This document shows, one piece after another, positions 1 to 9,720 of a stretch of 64,000 nucleotides of DNA. A program made the position numbers and the translations under genes. Positions within the stretch are counted from its first letter, which is position 1, and every line of letters begins with the position of its first letter. The notes below the pieces were generated by a model. It made no database searches. It saw only the letters and a program-made list of their open reading frames with translations, and had not been told where the DNA came from. The stretch is from a virus (taxonomy: Duplodnaviria; Caudoviricetes): the IMG/VR virus record IMGVR_UViG_3300027808_002667, positions 1 through 64,000 of that record; one strand, given 5' to 3'.

Positions 1-1
1 C

Positions 2-91
2 GTCTAAACTCCATGAATTTTTACGTGCAATAACCTCTGGCTGTCTGCCATAGAAAGTTTCGCATATAAAGGGGCGATTAATTTTTAACAT
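2..91 (-). CDS. Partial ORF running off the left edge (MLKINRPFICETFYGRQPEVIARKNSWSLD...), product unknown
   Basis: Manual translation; ATG at 91, open to window edge; TATAAATA late promoter just upstream. Confidence 0.55.
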   Translation of the reverse strand, partial: MLKINRPFICETFYGRQPEVIARKNSWSLD

Positions 92-97
92 ATAAAA

Positions 98-105
98 TAT
101 TTATA
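98..105 (-). promoter_or_regulatory. T4-type late promoter TATAAATA
   Basis: Exact T4 gp55 consensus, intergenic, just upstream of a start codon. Confidence 0.65.
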
Positions 106-118
106 CAACTTAAGGCGA

Positions 119-922
119 TTATAAATTATCTCTTAAAGATTTATTTGATTTAATTGCAGCATTTAAAACAGATAAAGTTATACCTTGCTCTTCTGCAAAT
201 TTGGATAATGCTGCAGTATCTTTAGGAAAACACATTCCACCGAATCCCATTTTACCATCGGGCCCTGGTACTTGCATATGGCTTGTGCCAATTCGTCTAT
301 CTGTTTTAACCAAACCCATTACAGCATTAAAATCGCAATTATTTTTATTTGCTAATGCAAATATCTCATTCATAAATAAAACTTTTGTCGCAAGAAAAGT
401 ATTGATAGTATACTTTGCCAATGCCGCTTCACCGATAGTACAATATGCAACAACATTAAGACACGGTTGACCTAAACGAATTAGTCGCTCTGCTTCTCTT
501 TGATATGCAGGTATGTTGCCACCGACAAACGCAAATTGTCCATTTACATAATCTTCTTCTGCTTTTGCTTCAGTTAAAAACTCTGGCGAATGTACTAGGT
601 TAGGATATTCTTTGCCCAATTTAGTATATACATCAATAGGTGCCGTAGATTTACTAATGATTACGCCTTTGTAATCTTTTAGTTTTTCTAATACAGATAA
701 CAAAATACTAGTATCGCATTTGCCATCTGCACTTTGAGGTGTGGGTGTACAAACGAACACTCCATCACATTCAAACAAATCATCATATGTATGCGTTCCT
801 TTTTCAGGATCGCTATCTACAATGTATATTTCTGCACTAGGCGCTGTAGATTTTGCAATTGCTCCACCTACAATACCTTTACCTATAATGCCCACCTTGG
901 GTGGAGTCCATGCGTCTCTCAT
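119..922 (-). CDS. UDP-glucose/GDP-mannose dehydrogenase family protein (short form without C-terminal domain)
   Basis: Rossmann GIIGKGIVG, KST, SPEFLTE and catalytic GFGGMCFPKD motifs; 267 aa. Confidence 0.85.
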   Translation of the reverse strand: MRDAWTPPKVGIIGKGIVGGAIAKSTAPSAEIYIVDSDPEKGTHTYDDLFECDGVFVCTPTPQSADGKCDTSILLSVLEKLKDYKGVIISKSTAPIDVYTKLGKEYPNLVHSPEFLTEAKAEEDYVNGQFAFVGGNIPAYQREAERLIRLGQPCLNVVAYCTIGEAALAKYTINTFLATKVLFMNEIFALANKNNCDFNAVMGLVKTDRRIGTSHMQVPGPDGKMGFGGMCFPKDTAALSKFAEEQGITLSVLNAAIKSNKSLRDNL

Positions 923-1002
923 CTTAACCTAATCCTTATAATTTTAAAGGCACTGCTGCCCGCCTGATACATAATTGATCAATGGGCAGCAAGCCCTCTA
1001 AA

Positions 1003-1392
1003 TTAGAACGGTGCTTCAGCAAGTTCTTTGATCTCTTCGATTTCGAGATCATCATCAACTACAGGTTTAGCAATTTTTGCGATCTTTGCTTTAGTTTGTG
1101 CAACTGCCTTAACCGGCGTTGCTTTAACTTTTGCCACCTTAGCTGGTGCACCCTCTTTCTTAGCCATCGTTTCGATGATAAGTTCTGTGTAGGGAACAAA
1201 AACTCCGCCTACCGCTAGAAGATGCTGACAAGCCTCAGCCTTTGTCATTGCCTTGGGCAATTCAATAAGCTCAACCAAAGAGGTGTGTGTACCTTTAGAC
1301 AAAATCTTAGTACGAGTAACAATGTCGTTTGCGAAACGAACCTTGGTAACACCGAAGTGAGTAGAAACACCTGCAACTGTAAATTTAGACAT
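1003..1392 (-). CDS. Hypothetical protein with Ala/Lys-rich C-terminus (early gene)
   Basis: ORF with AAGGA SD, directly downstream of a consensus sigma70 promoter. Confidence 0.7.
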   Translation of the reverse strand: MSKFTVAGVSTHFGVTKVRFANDIVTRTKILSKGTHTSLVELIELPKAMTKAEACQHLLAVGGVFVPYTELIIETMAKKEGAPAKVAKVKATPVKAVAQTKAKIAKIAKPVVDDDLEIEEIKELAEAPF

Positions 1393-1448
1393 AATCAATC
1401 CTTAAATAATATAAATGAAATCACCAAGAACAACCGTTCTCATAGTCT

Positions 1449-1477
1449 ATTATATAGCCTTTCGCTACACCTGTCAA
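1449..1477 (-). promoter_or_regulatory. Early sigma70 promoter TTGACA-N17-TATAAT
   Basis: Perfect -35/-10 with 17 nt spacer. Confidence 0.85.
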
Positions 1478-1502
1478 GCATAAAGTTTGCGATGTTGTTC
1501 TT

Positions 1503-1871
1503 TCACAACACCGTTTTAACCTTATTGACATGCTTACAAGTCCTTCGGAATTGGAAACCGACGCAATCGCAAGTAACAAATCCTTCGAACGAAATAACAT
1601 TGTATGTCTTTCCGTTTGATTTTGATTTGACTTTGAACAATCGTTCAAGGCTTCTTTTATCCGAAAACTCATGGCCAACAATAAGTTTTTTGTGGATATG
1701 AGAAACGGGATACATTGGGTTACCGGTATGAACAGACACATAGTCCATATCTAACCACTTTGGATTAGGTACAACTTTACCCTCAAAGGTATTGATGTCG
1801 AACTCTTGTCCAAGTATGTTAGATCGCCATTTTGTAGTAATTGCTACAGATGACCCTATTGAAAAATTCAT
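1503..1871 (-). CDS. SWIM zinc-finger protein
   Basis: C-terminal TCDCVGFQFRRTCKHV (CxC...CxH). Confidence 0.7.
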   Translation of the reverse strand: MNFSIGSSVAITTKWRSNILGQEFDINTFEGKVVPNPKWLDMDYVSVHTGNPMYPVSHIHKKLIVGHEFSDKRSLERLFKVKSKSNGKTYNVISFEGFVTCDCVGFQFRRTCKHVNKVKTVL

Positions 1872-1894
1872 ATCGATTTCCTCATTGTTTCTTT

Positions 1895-1923
1895 ATTATA
1901 ATGCCTTTTGGATCAGTTGTCAA
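1895..1923 (-). promoter_or_regulatory. Early sigma70 promoter TTGACA-N17-TATAAT
   Basis: Perfect consensus with 17 nt spacer. Confidence 0.85.
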
Positions 1924-1989
1924 GCTTTTTTTAATCTTTTCAGCCAAAATAATACCCCAGATTATGGGGTATTAACAGATTAATAATTA

Positions 1990-2172
1990 TTATTTATCTT
2001 TTGATTTTCGAACTTCTGCATCGTCGGTTATTTCTATTATTCCATTATCCTCAAAAAAGCCAACTGTATCAGATATTCCTTTTTGATATCCATATGCTTT
2101 ACACGCAAAGCAGGCAAGTAACATTAAAACAATTTGAATAATATCATATAAAGTAAAGGTAACTTGTTCCAT
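1990..2172 (-). CDS. Small membrane protein
   Basis: AGGAG SD; one hydrophobic segment (IIQIVLMLLACFAC). Confidence 0.65.
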   Translation of the reverse strand: MEQVTFTLYDIIQIVLMLLACFACKAYGYQKGISDTVGFFEDNGIIEITDDAEVRKSKDK

Positions 2173-2215
2173 TACTACTCCTTATAATTAAGATTGAATT
2201 ACATGATTAAGTCTC

Positions 2216-2734
2216 TCACTCATCCAATTCATCGTCTGTTTCATACACGAACCAATCTTGTTGTTTCTGTCTAAGATTTTTAAACTGATCGTGTTCTATT
2301 AAAAATTTTGCAACTAGACTATTCTCTAAACCATATGCCTCAATTTCCCAAGGCTGGTCCCAGTAAGAATGATCTTCTTGGTATGTTTCCCCTCTCCAAA
2401 TAGTTACATAGTTTCGCCTTAAATATCTATCCTTCATCTCGCCCGTTGCCCATTGTTTTAAATGAACCATTTCGTGAGCAAGAACAGTGAACATATGTAT
2501 TTTCTTTTTTGTTCTGCCAATGTCTATATTAAAACATCTAGGAGATACTAACGTATCTTCATCCATCTCGCAGAATCCACCGGCGTTGATTTTTCCTCTT
2601 TCTCTTATTCTAACTTTTACAGTTATATTTTTAGACAATTGTGGTGACAGTAATTTATCAGCATAGGAATTTGCTGCTAACTTTAGCATCTTTGTTAGTT
2701 GAATATCTTTAGCTCCTCTTACACTAACTATCAT
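2216..2734 (-). CDS. Putative zinc metallopeptidase (HExxH)
   Basis: VLAHEMVHLKQ plus downstream PWEIEA glutamate motif. Confidence 0.7.
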   Translation of the reverse strand: MIVSVRGAKDIQLTKMLKLAANSYADKLLSPQLSKNITVKVRIRERGKINAGGFCEMDEDTLVSPRCFNIDIGRTKKKIHMFTVLAHEMVHLKQWATGEMKDRYLRRNYVTIWRGETYQEDHSYWDQPWEIEAYGLENSLVAKFLIEHDQFKNLRQKQQDWFVYETDDELDE

Positions 2735-2771
2735 ATCATTACCTTCCTGATAATTTACAATATTATTTATG

Positions 2772-2987
2772 TTACTTTGTTTCTAATATTGATTTCAAAA
2801 ATGCTTGTTTTTTAATTTCTGCAATGGTCGCATCCCGCATACCACCTTCTACTCTAGTAGTTTTTTGTGCTTTTGGAAACATATCAAGAATATTCATAGG
2901 TACGGGAGAATCAATTTCTACAATTTCTGGCAATGGTTTATTTTTTAATCTTGTAGATGATAAAAGAGTGCCTGATAGTTTTTGCAT
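2772..2987 (-). CDS. Hypothetical protein
   Basis: ORF starting immediately after the gp41 stop codon. Confidence 0.55.
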   Translation of the reverse strand: MQKLSGTLLSSTRLKNKPLPEIVEIDSPVPMNILDMFPKAQKTTRVEGGMRDATIAEIKKQAFLKSILETK

Positions 2988-2989
2988 TT

Positions 2990-4396
2990 TTATACCCTTA
3001 TTTTAGAAAAATCTCTTGTTGCTTTTTCAAATGATTTCCTGGGTGTGTTCGACGACGCCCACTTTGGTTGTTCTTCTTTCATTCCCGAATCCATGATATT
3101 TTTCTGAGCAGTTTGTTCCAAATCATATAACTTCATCTTTGCTCTATCTACACCAATAACGAATCGCTTATACAATGTGGGATCATTATATCTATTCTTC
3201 AATTGCTTAACCATGATCTGATTCATTTGCTCTAGTTCTTCAGTTGAAATCAAAGCAAACATAAAGTCAACAGTTGCAGGCAAACCAAACGACTCAGAGG
3301 TATCTGTTAGTTCAACATCTGTGTTTCCATAACCACTACGAGTTGTCTGTGTTGCTGACAGAATAGGAACATTTTCTTCAACCGCCAACCCACGAAGTTC
3401 TTCAGCAATAGATTTAATTAACGTATAAGAATTAATATTTGATCCTGCTTTGAATCTAGAACTTGCACAAATGTTTAAGTAATCAATAATAATGATATCT
3501 GGCTTAAATTGTTTCTTAAGTTGTAGTTCATTTAACAATGCCTTAAAGTGCCCAGTGTGTGCACCAGTTGTAGGATACTCTTTAATAATTAAAGTGCCTT
3601 CAGTCTTACCCCTGATCTTTTCAATCCTGCTATCAAAAATTGCTTTGGGCAAATCTTTAAGCTGATCCATAGTGATGTTCATCAAATTGGCATCAATACG
3701 TTCTGCAATTCTTTCTTCAGCCATCTCTAAAGTAATATACAAAACATTTTTGTTCTGTGCCAAAACAGATGCCGCAACGTGACACATAAACAAAGACTTA
3801 CCAACACCTGTACCTGCAAGACAAACATTCAATGTCTTATTAGGCATACCGCCATTTGTAATCTTGTTAAAATAATCCAAGTCAAAAGGAACTCTTGTTT
3901 CTACCCTGTGATAGTATTCGTATCGCTTATCTGCACTATCAATGTAATCATGACCAACATTGTTGTCAAAACACACTCCTAGTGCATCCTGCAATAATTG
4001 CGGAATACCGTCTTCAGACTTTCCCTTGTCTCTACCATCAATGATAGCAATCGATGAAAGAATCGCATTGTAAATTGCTTTGTCTTTACAGAACTTTTCA
4101 GTTTCTTTATACAGCCAATCTTTATTGTGTTCCGTAGGATCTAAGTTGTGAATTGCTTCTACAACTTCTTTGTATTGATCCTCGCTCAAGGATTTGTCGT
4201 TTTGTGCTGCAATCGTCAGTGCATCTTTACTCGGAATAGAATTGTATTCGTCAATAAAGCTTTTAATTTTATCATACAGAATTTTATCTGTGTTGTCTAA
4301 AAAATAATCCCGCTTTAAGAACGGGATTACTTTTCTCATGAATACATCGTCATTCGCTAGATTCTGTAGAATTACGTTTTCGATTTTCGAAGTCAT
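2990..4396 (-). CDS. gp41: T4-like replicative DNA helicase (DnaB family)
   Basis: Walker A AGTGVGKS, IIIDYLN, SATQTTRSG, KQLKNRYND; synteny with uvsX. Confidence 0.95.
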   Translation of the reverse strand: MTSKIENVILQNLANDDVFMRKVIPFLKRDYFLDNTDKILYDKIKSFIDEYNSIPSKDALTIAAQNDKSLSEDQYKEVVEAIHNLDPTEHNKDWLYKETEKFCKDKAIYNAILSSIAIIDGRDKGKSEDGIPQLLQDALGVCFDNNVGHDYIDSADKRYEYYHRVETRVPFDLDYFNKITNGGMPNKTLNVCLAGTGVGKSLFMCHVAASVLAQNKNVLYITLEMAEERIAERIDANLMNITMDQLKDLPKAIFDSRIEKIRGKTEGTLIIKEYPTTGAHTGHFKALLNELQLKKQFKPDIIIIDYLNICASSRFKAGSNINSYTLIKSIAEELRGLAVEENVPILSATQTTRSGYGNTDVELTDTSESFGLPATVDFMFALISTEELEQMNQIMVKQLKNRYNDPTLYKRFVIGVDRAKMKLYDLEQTAQKNIMDSGMKEEQPKWASSNTPRKSFEKATRDFSKIRV

Positions 4397-4652
4397 TAAG
4401 TGCTTTCTCTATAATATCCATTATAACCAAATTCAATGTCTTATCGAATTCGGGGCCTTCGATATCTTCGGCCTTTTTACCTTCGGGTGCTTGAAACACA
4501 GTGTAGTCCAAAACTAATTGCTCCGACGCATCCTTCATATCAAAATCATTGAAGGCGATTGCTGTTCCTACGAACTCACCTTCAAGAATTTTTACGCCCC
4601 AAAGAGCGTTATCTTTATCGTTAATTACCCAGGGCTCATACTTCACTAGCAT
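4350..4652 (-). CDS. Hypothetical protein at the T4 gp40 (head vertex assembly chaperone) position
   Basis: Between uvsX and gp41; GGAGG SD; function from synteny only. Confidence 0.5.
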   Translation of the reverse strand: MLVKYEPWVINDKDNALWGVKILEGEFVGTAIAFNDFDMKDASEQLVLDYTVFQAPEGKKAEDIEGPEFDKTLNLVIMDIIEKALNDFENRKRNSTESSE

Positions 4653-5697
4653 TCTCAAACTCCTCCGCAATTGAAACTTGGTCCATATCGTTTATCATCA
4701 TATCATTGCTTGCCATCTTATAGCGGCCTTCAATAAACTCTTTAAACTCTTTAGAAGTTATTATAGGCAACCAAAAGTCTTTAGTGTATGTGTCTTTCAA
4801 ACGAACTTTTTGTTCTTGACCCTTTTTAGAGTACCAACCATTAGATGGCTTAACAACAAATCCACCTTCAAGTGCAACATCTAATAGACCAGACCAAGTA
4901 CTAATACCACCTTCAAATGTTACTTCAACAGGGATCTTAGACTTCTCACGAACAAATCTAGACTTCTCAACATTAATGATAAAGTTATAGCCAATGATAT
5001 CTGTACCGTCTTTTTCTTGTTGACGACCAATAATAAAGATATTGTCTGCAGAATAATAAATGCCTGTGCCGCCAGACACAATCTGTTTAGGGAACAATCC
5101 CATTTCAGAATAGGTATGATTAACAACAATCATCGGAATGTCTTTGATTGTTAAGTGAGGCGTTACCATTCTAAACAAAGATTTCATCTGTTTAGCACGA
5201 GTCATATCTGCAACAGACTTGCCTTCAAGTGCATCGTCAACTTCTTTCTTAGAAGCTAAATTACCTACAGAGTCAATAATGATAATAACATGGTCACCGC
5301 GCTCAATGTTATTGATCTGAGACATAGCATCAAATTTTAATTGCTCTATGTCCGTGATGGGAGTATGGAGTACTCGATTGGTATCGATCCCGAAAGAATC
5401 AAAATAAGACTGAGGACTACCAAACTCAGAGTCATAGAATAAAACAATAGCATCTTCATATTTGTCCAGATAAGACTTCGCCAATAACAACGAGAACGCT
5501 GTTTTAAAATGTTTAGACGGGCCGGCAAAGACAGTAAGCCCAGGTGTCAAACCACCTTCTAAACTACCCGAAAGGGCAACATTAATCATCGGAACGGTTG
5601 TCTGAATCATGTCCTTTTTATTAAAGAACTTTGATTTATTAAGAACTTCCGTTTCTTTGATTGTAGAATTCTTTTTCAATTTGTCAAGTAAAGACAT
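4636..5697 (-). CDS. uvsX: RecA-like recombinase
   Basis: FAGPSKHFKT Walker A, FYDSEFG, IDSVGNLASKKE, VVNHTY. Confidence 0.95.
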   Translation of the reverse strand: MSLLDKLKKNSTIKETEVLNKSKFFNKKDMIQTTVPMINVALSGSLEGGLTPGLTVFAGPSKHFKTAFSLLLAKSYLDKYEDAIVLFYDSEFGSPQSYFDSFGIDTNRVLHTPITDIEQLKFDAMSQINNIERGDHVIIIIDSVGNLASKKEVDDALEGKSVADMTRAKQMKSLFRMVTPHLTIKDIPMIVVNHTYSEMGLFPKQIVSGGTGIYYSADNIFIIGRQQEKDGTDIIGYNFIINVEKSRFVREKSKIPVEVTFEGGISTWSGLLDVALEGGFVVKPSNGWYSKKGQEQKVRLKDTYTKDFWLPIITSKEFKEFIEGRYKMASNDMMINDMDQVSIAEEFENASEV

Positions 5698-5721
5698 TGT
5701 ATCTCCTTAAGTAATTTAATT

Positions 5722-5750
5722 ATTATAATATAAACATAACAAAAAGTCAA
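5722..5750 (-). promoter_or_regulatory. sigma70-type promoter TTGACT-N17-TATAAT upstream of uvsX
   Basis: Near-consensus, 17 nt spacer, intergenic. Confidence 0.7.
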
Positions 5751-5753
5751 TAG

Positions 5754-6194
5754 TTATTTGCACCAACTTTGTTTTGCATCGCCATAATATTCACGAGCAA
5801 AACCATTTTTAATTAATTCGCTTCTTAAACTTACACCGTTTAAAATGAGATCGCCCAATACACGACCGCCGAATTTATCCCAACCATATAGAATGACTTG
5901 TCTTTGCTGGCTGGCGCTAATGAGACCTTTAGTGAAAACGGAAGCGGCTTCACCTCGTTGTTTTTCGCTGTCGCATTGACCTCTAAATCCTTTTTCCGGA
6001 GTATCGACGCCGTAGACTCGTACCGCAAGTTCGGGTTTAAGTGGTTTAGGTAGAAAGGGTGCGGCGATAACAACTGTATCGCCATCCGTTACTCTTAAAA
6101 TATTTGCGTCATATGTAACGCCTTGTGGTGTTTTTTGTGCATAAGCTAAAGATGCACAAAATATAAATGTGAGTGTTAGTAATAATTTTTTCAT
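5754..6194 (-). CDS. Thermonuclease (SNase family) with N-terminal signal peptide
   Basis: DGDT, VRVYGVDTPE, DKFGGRVL motifs; MKKLLLTLTFIFCASLAYA signal; ATGA overlap with gp43 stop. Confidence 0.85.
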   Translation of the reverse strand: MKKLLLTLTFIFCASLAYAQKTPQGVTYDANILRVTDGDTVVIAAPFLPKPLKPELAVRVYGVDTPEKGFRGQCDSEKQRGEAASVFTKGLISASQQRQVILYGWDKFGGRVLGDLILNGVSLRSELIKNGFAREYYGDAKQSWCK

Positions 6195-8683
6195 CCGAAT
6201 AATCCTTCTAAAGTTGCTTGCGGTTTTGACGACCAACCAATACCATTTAAAATTGTGTTCATGGGTTCCAAGAATGATTTCTCAAACATTGTTTCATAAT
6301 CAGCATATTTTAATAAATCAAATTCCACAGGGATAACACTAGTGAAAGCTATACAGTTTTCGCCGATAGTATTTGGTTCTTTTAAATAAATGAATTTAAT
6401 TTTGTCGCCTTCTTTAATTCTCTCATATTTTTTACTCAAATCATATTTGTCTAAATAAAAATTATAGAGAAGGGCTCCCCTTACGTGCATAGGGGTTGCT
6501 TGTTTATATATATTTGCCTTGTCTGTATATTTATCTAATCCGTTGACCCCTCTAGGGAATGAGATATCCTCGGGTTTCATCTTTCTATATTCTGTCTGAA
6601 AGTTCCTAATATATTCTTGAATATTATCTTCTGTAGATGTCAGTGCAAGTTTAACTGCCTTTCGCAAACCTTCTCTAATAGGTTCAGGTGTAGATGACCT
6701 AACAATCTCCAAACCCATAACCTTTAACTTTGGTTCGGCGTATTTTACGCCCTCATTGTTATACACATTCAGAGCATAACGTTTCTTAGCAACCCACACT
6801 CCTGTTTCTGCGATCGCTTCTCGCTTGAAGTAAATCTTTTTATCAAATGCATTCGTATAGTCTGCCATCTCATTACAAACTTTGTTTAATACTTCTTGAA
6901 TCTTTGCCTCGCATACTTGATCCAAAATATCTACAATTTTATCTGGAGATTGATTCTTGTAAAACTTCTCAACCAAAGGAGCAAAGGTAACATAACAAGA
7001 GTCTGTATCTGAATAGAAAGAATAATTGTAATCTGTAGTACCACATACTTTATTCAAATAGGCATTTAAAGCAACACCGACCTTCTGAATAATATATTGC
7101 CCTGTTAGTGTAATACCTTCAGCAATATTGTCATCATAAAATCTAAAGAATTCATTTGCCATTGCCCCGAACAAAGAATTCATCTGAATCTTTCGAGCCA
7201 TCTGAAAATTATTATACTTTGAAATTTCTTTTTGCCAAATAGGATCTTTCGTTTCCTCATATTTGGATTGAGCAACCAACATCAATTTTTTATATTGTGT
7301 TCGATCGTTAAACAATTTCTGAACAATCTCAGGGAATATCCCTTGCTTTGTTCTGGTAAAACACCTACCATTTGCTGCCATACAATAATCTTTATTTGTT
7401 AGATCAGATGTATCCTCTTTGCCTGCAAGAAGATCTTTCATTTGTACGTCAAAGTATTTGGAATCTTTAACAAGAGTTTCTGGTGACATATTATATTGCA
7501 TAATAATACTAGGATACAAACTTGTTGCATCAAATGATACTACCCAATTATATTTGCCTGGTTTTGGTTCTTGCACATAGGCGCCTGCAATATTTCTACC
7601 CGTTTTATGTTCACGCTGATGCACAATGATGTTTTTCTTGAGCAATTGATTATAAAGAATACAATCCCAAGTTCTTACTGCAGAGAAAATGTCTACATAA
7701 TTACATTTAGCATCATACGCCATTGTCATAATCAATTCAATAAGACGCATCTTATCTTCAAGACGATCTACAAGTTCACAGTCAATGACGTTATACTCTA
7801 CAAACTTTTGCCAATTGCCTTTGTAGAATGCAGTAAAAGAATCAAACTCATCATATGATAACTTCTCTTTACCCAATTCTACTTTGGCAATGTGATCTAA
7901 TTTGTATGTTTCTTGCGCTGTATAAGTAAACTTTTTATATAAATCCAAATAGTCAAGAACAGCAATGCCTAAAATTTCAAAAGCAACGCTTTCTTTTTTC
8001 ATTCTGGTGATTCGTTTTTCGTTAACTACTTTCCAGGGAGAAATTCGTTTCAAATAATCCTCGCCCAACATCTTGTAGATTCGATTACACAGATATGGAA
8101 TATCGAAAAATTCCACATTCCACCCCGTAATAATGTGGGGATGATCCTCATTGATATATTCTACAAATTGTTTTAATAGATCAACTTCGTCATCGCAATG
8201 AATGTACGTATGTCGGTCGTTTACTTTTTCGCAAGGATTTACACCGAAAGTAGTCACTCGCTTTGTTTGATAATCTTGAATAGAGATTAACAGTATCTTT
8301 TCTTGCGGGTTTGTAACATCAGGAAAACCTAGATCAGCAGTGGTCTCAATGTCAATTGTCCAAATATTGATTTGAGTAATATCAAATTCCACATCATCTT
8401 TAAAAGCTGAAGATATGTATTGATATGCGTAGTTTGTGTTGCCGAAAATAGGAAAGTTCTCAACATCTTTATATCTAGACACGTAATCTTTGGCCTCATT
8501 AATACTTTCGAATTTAATCTCACCCAGAGGCTCACCAAAAAGCGACTTATACTTAGAATCATTGTTCGATTTTGCGAACAATGATGGTTTAAATGGCACT
8601 CTATCTTGTACTTTATGCCCATTGTTTACCCCACGCACAAGAACATTGTTTCCGTATTGGTTAACACTAGTATAAAATTTCAT
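6191..8683 (-). CDS. gp43: Family B DNA polymerase
   Basis: Exo DIETT; pol motifs SFDATSLYPSII, KIQMNSLFG, YSDTDS, KKRYAL. Confidence 0.97.
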   Translation of the reverse strand: MKFYTSVNQYGNNVLVRGVNNGHKVQDRVPFKPSLFAKSNNDSKYKSLFGEPLGEIKFESINEAKDYVSRYKDVENFPIFGNTNYAYQYISSAFKDDVEFDITQINIWTIDIETTADLGFPDVTNPQEKILLISIQDYQTKRVTTFGVNPCEKVNDRHTYIHCDDEVDLLKQFVEYINEDHPHIITGWNVEFFDIPYLCNRIYKMLGEDYLKRISPWKVVNEKRITRMKKESVAFEILGIAVLDYLDLYKKFTYTAQETYKLDHIAKVELGKEKLSYDEFDSFTAFYKGNWQKFVEYNVIDCELVDRLEDKMRLIELIMTMAYDAKCNYVDIFSAVRTWDCILYNQLLKKNIIVHQREHKTGRNIAGAYVQEPKPGKYNWVVSFDATSLYPSIIMQYNMSPETLVKDSKYFDVQMKDLLAGKEDTSDLTNKDYCMAANGRCFTRTKQGIFPEIVQKLFNDRTQYKKLMLVAQSKYEETKDPIWQKEISKYNNFQMARKIQMNSLFGAMANEFFRFYDDNIAEGITLTGQYIIQKVGVALNAYLNKVCGTTDYNYSFYSDTDSCYVTFAPLVEKFYKNQSPDKIVDILDQVCEAKIQEVLNKVCNEMADYTNAFDKKIYFKREAIAETGVWVAKKRYALNVYNNEGVKYAEPKLKVMGLEIVRSSTPEPIREGLRKAVKLALTSTEDNIQEYIRNFQTEYRKMKPEDISFPRGVNGLDKYTDKANIYKQATPMHVRGALLYNFYLDKYDLSKKYERIKEGDKIKFIYLKEPNTIGENCIAFTSVIPVEFDLLKYADYETMFEKSFLEPMNTILNGIGWSSKPQATLEGLFG

Positions 8684-8716
8684 GAGACATTCCTAAGGAC
8701 ATAAATAATAAAGTCA

Positions 8717-8745
8717 ATTATAATATGTATCAGGGGATAAATCAA
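8717..8745 (-). promoter_or_regulatory. sigma70-type promoter TTGATT-N17-TATAAT upstream of gp43
   Basis: Near-consensus, 17 nt spacer. Confidence 0.65.
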
Positions 8746-8770
8746 TAGAAAAACAACAAAAAGGTTAAAA

Positions 8771-8917
8771 ATGTTAGAGGTCGTCTTTGTCATGTATATG
8801 TACATTCAAAAACCAGAATGTATAAGATGGACATGGAGCGGAGATGTTTATAATAGAAAAGTGATTTGTTTAGAGTGGAGAAAAGAAGAAAAAGAAAAAA
8901 AAGGTAACAAAAAATGA
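8771..8917 (+). CDS. 48-aa protein (MLEVVFVMYMYIQKPECIRWTWSGDVYNRKVICLEWRKEEKEKKGNKK), absent from the ORF track
   Basis: Manual translation; ATGA overlap with next gene; hydrophobic N-terminus and two Cys. Confidence 0.65.
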   Translation: MLEVVFVMYMYIQKPECIRWTWSGDVYNRKVICLEWRKEEKEKKGNKK

Positions 8918-9411
8918 TAGATCCTATCACAGCACTAGCGGGCATTACGTCTGCTATTTCAATGGTAAAAAAAGCAGCCAAGGTCGCAAATGACCTAGGT
9001 TCTCTTGCCCCTATGATCGGCAAGCTGTTTGATGCTAAGAGTACGGCAACTAAGGCATTGGTAGAAGCCAAAAAGTCTAAGAAAGGTTCCAACATGGGAA
9101 CCGCACTTCAGATCGAAATGGCATTAGAGCAAGCAAGAGCCTTTGAAGAAGAACTCAAAATGCTGTTTATGACAACTGGCAAGATTGACGTATGGAATAA
9201 AATTAAGGCACGTCAAGCACAAATGGATTCAGACGATGCTAATGACTTAAGAATGTATAACGACCAAGAACGTAAGCGTAAACAAAAAGAAGAAGAATTA
9301 AATGAATGGGCAATAATCATAGGTGCAGTTTCATTTATCGTATTCATATTTGCCATTGGTAGTTATGAACTGATACAATGGTGTCAGACAAGTGCTAGGT
9401 GCGGCCGATGA
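8914..9411 (+). CDS. Coiled-coil protein with C-terminal transmembrane helix
   Basis: Helical body, TM WAIIIGAVSFIVFIFAIG. Confidence 0.75.
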   Translation: MIDPITALAGITSAISMVKKAAKVANDLGSLAPMIGKLFDAKSTATKALVEAKKSKKGSNMGTALQIEMALEQARAFEEELKMLFMTTGKIDVWNKIKARQAQMDSDDANDLRMYNDQERKRKQKEEELNEWAIIIGAVSFIVFIFAIGSYELIQWCQTSARCGR

Positions 9412-9554
9412 ACGAATATCAAAAAGCATTTGATATAAGTTTAAAAATATTTGTTTACGGATTGGGGGCATTATACTTTGTAGACTTTTTAAGAGTCTTA
9501 CCCGATGATATATCAAATAAAATAGTCAATGGATTAATAGGTAAAGTTTTATAA
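9408..9554 (+). CDS. 48-aa membrane protein (MNEYQKAFDISLKIFVYGLGALYFVDFLRVLPDD...), absent from the ORF track
   Basis: Manual translation; ATGA overlap with preceding stop. Confidence 0.6.
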   Translation: MNEYQKAFDISLKIFVYGLGALYFVDFLRVLPDDISNKIVNGLIGKVL

Positions 9555-9593
9555 AAATTTTACCCGGATAATAAATAGTTAAAGGAGAACGGT

Positions 9594-9710
9594 ATGTTAG
9601 ATATTTTACTTTGGGTAGCGGTAGGAGCATTTTTTGGTTGGAATTTTCCTCAACCATTCTGGGCTAAAATGATGCAAGAAAAAATACAAGCAATGATTGC
9701 TAAAAAATAA
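9594..9710 (+). CDS. 38-aa membrane protein (MLDILLWVAVGAFFGWNFPQPFWAKMMQEKIQAMIAKK), absent from the ORF track
   Basis: AAGGAG SD; manual translation. Confidence 0.7.
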   Translation: MLDILLWVAVGAFFGWNFPQPFWAKMMQEKIQAMIAKK

Positions 9711-9720
9711 AGTAAACACT

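Noticed and set aside
8875-8913. Long purine/A-rich run before 8914
   Set aside because: Explained as the KEEKEKKGNKK tail of the 8771-8917 ORF
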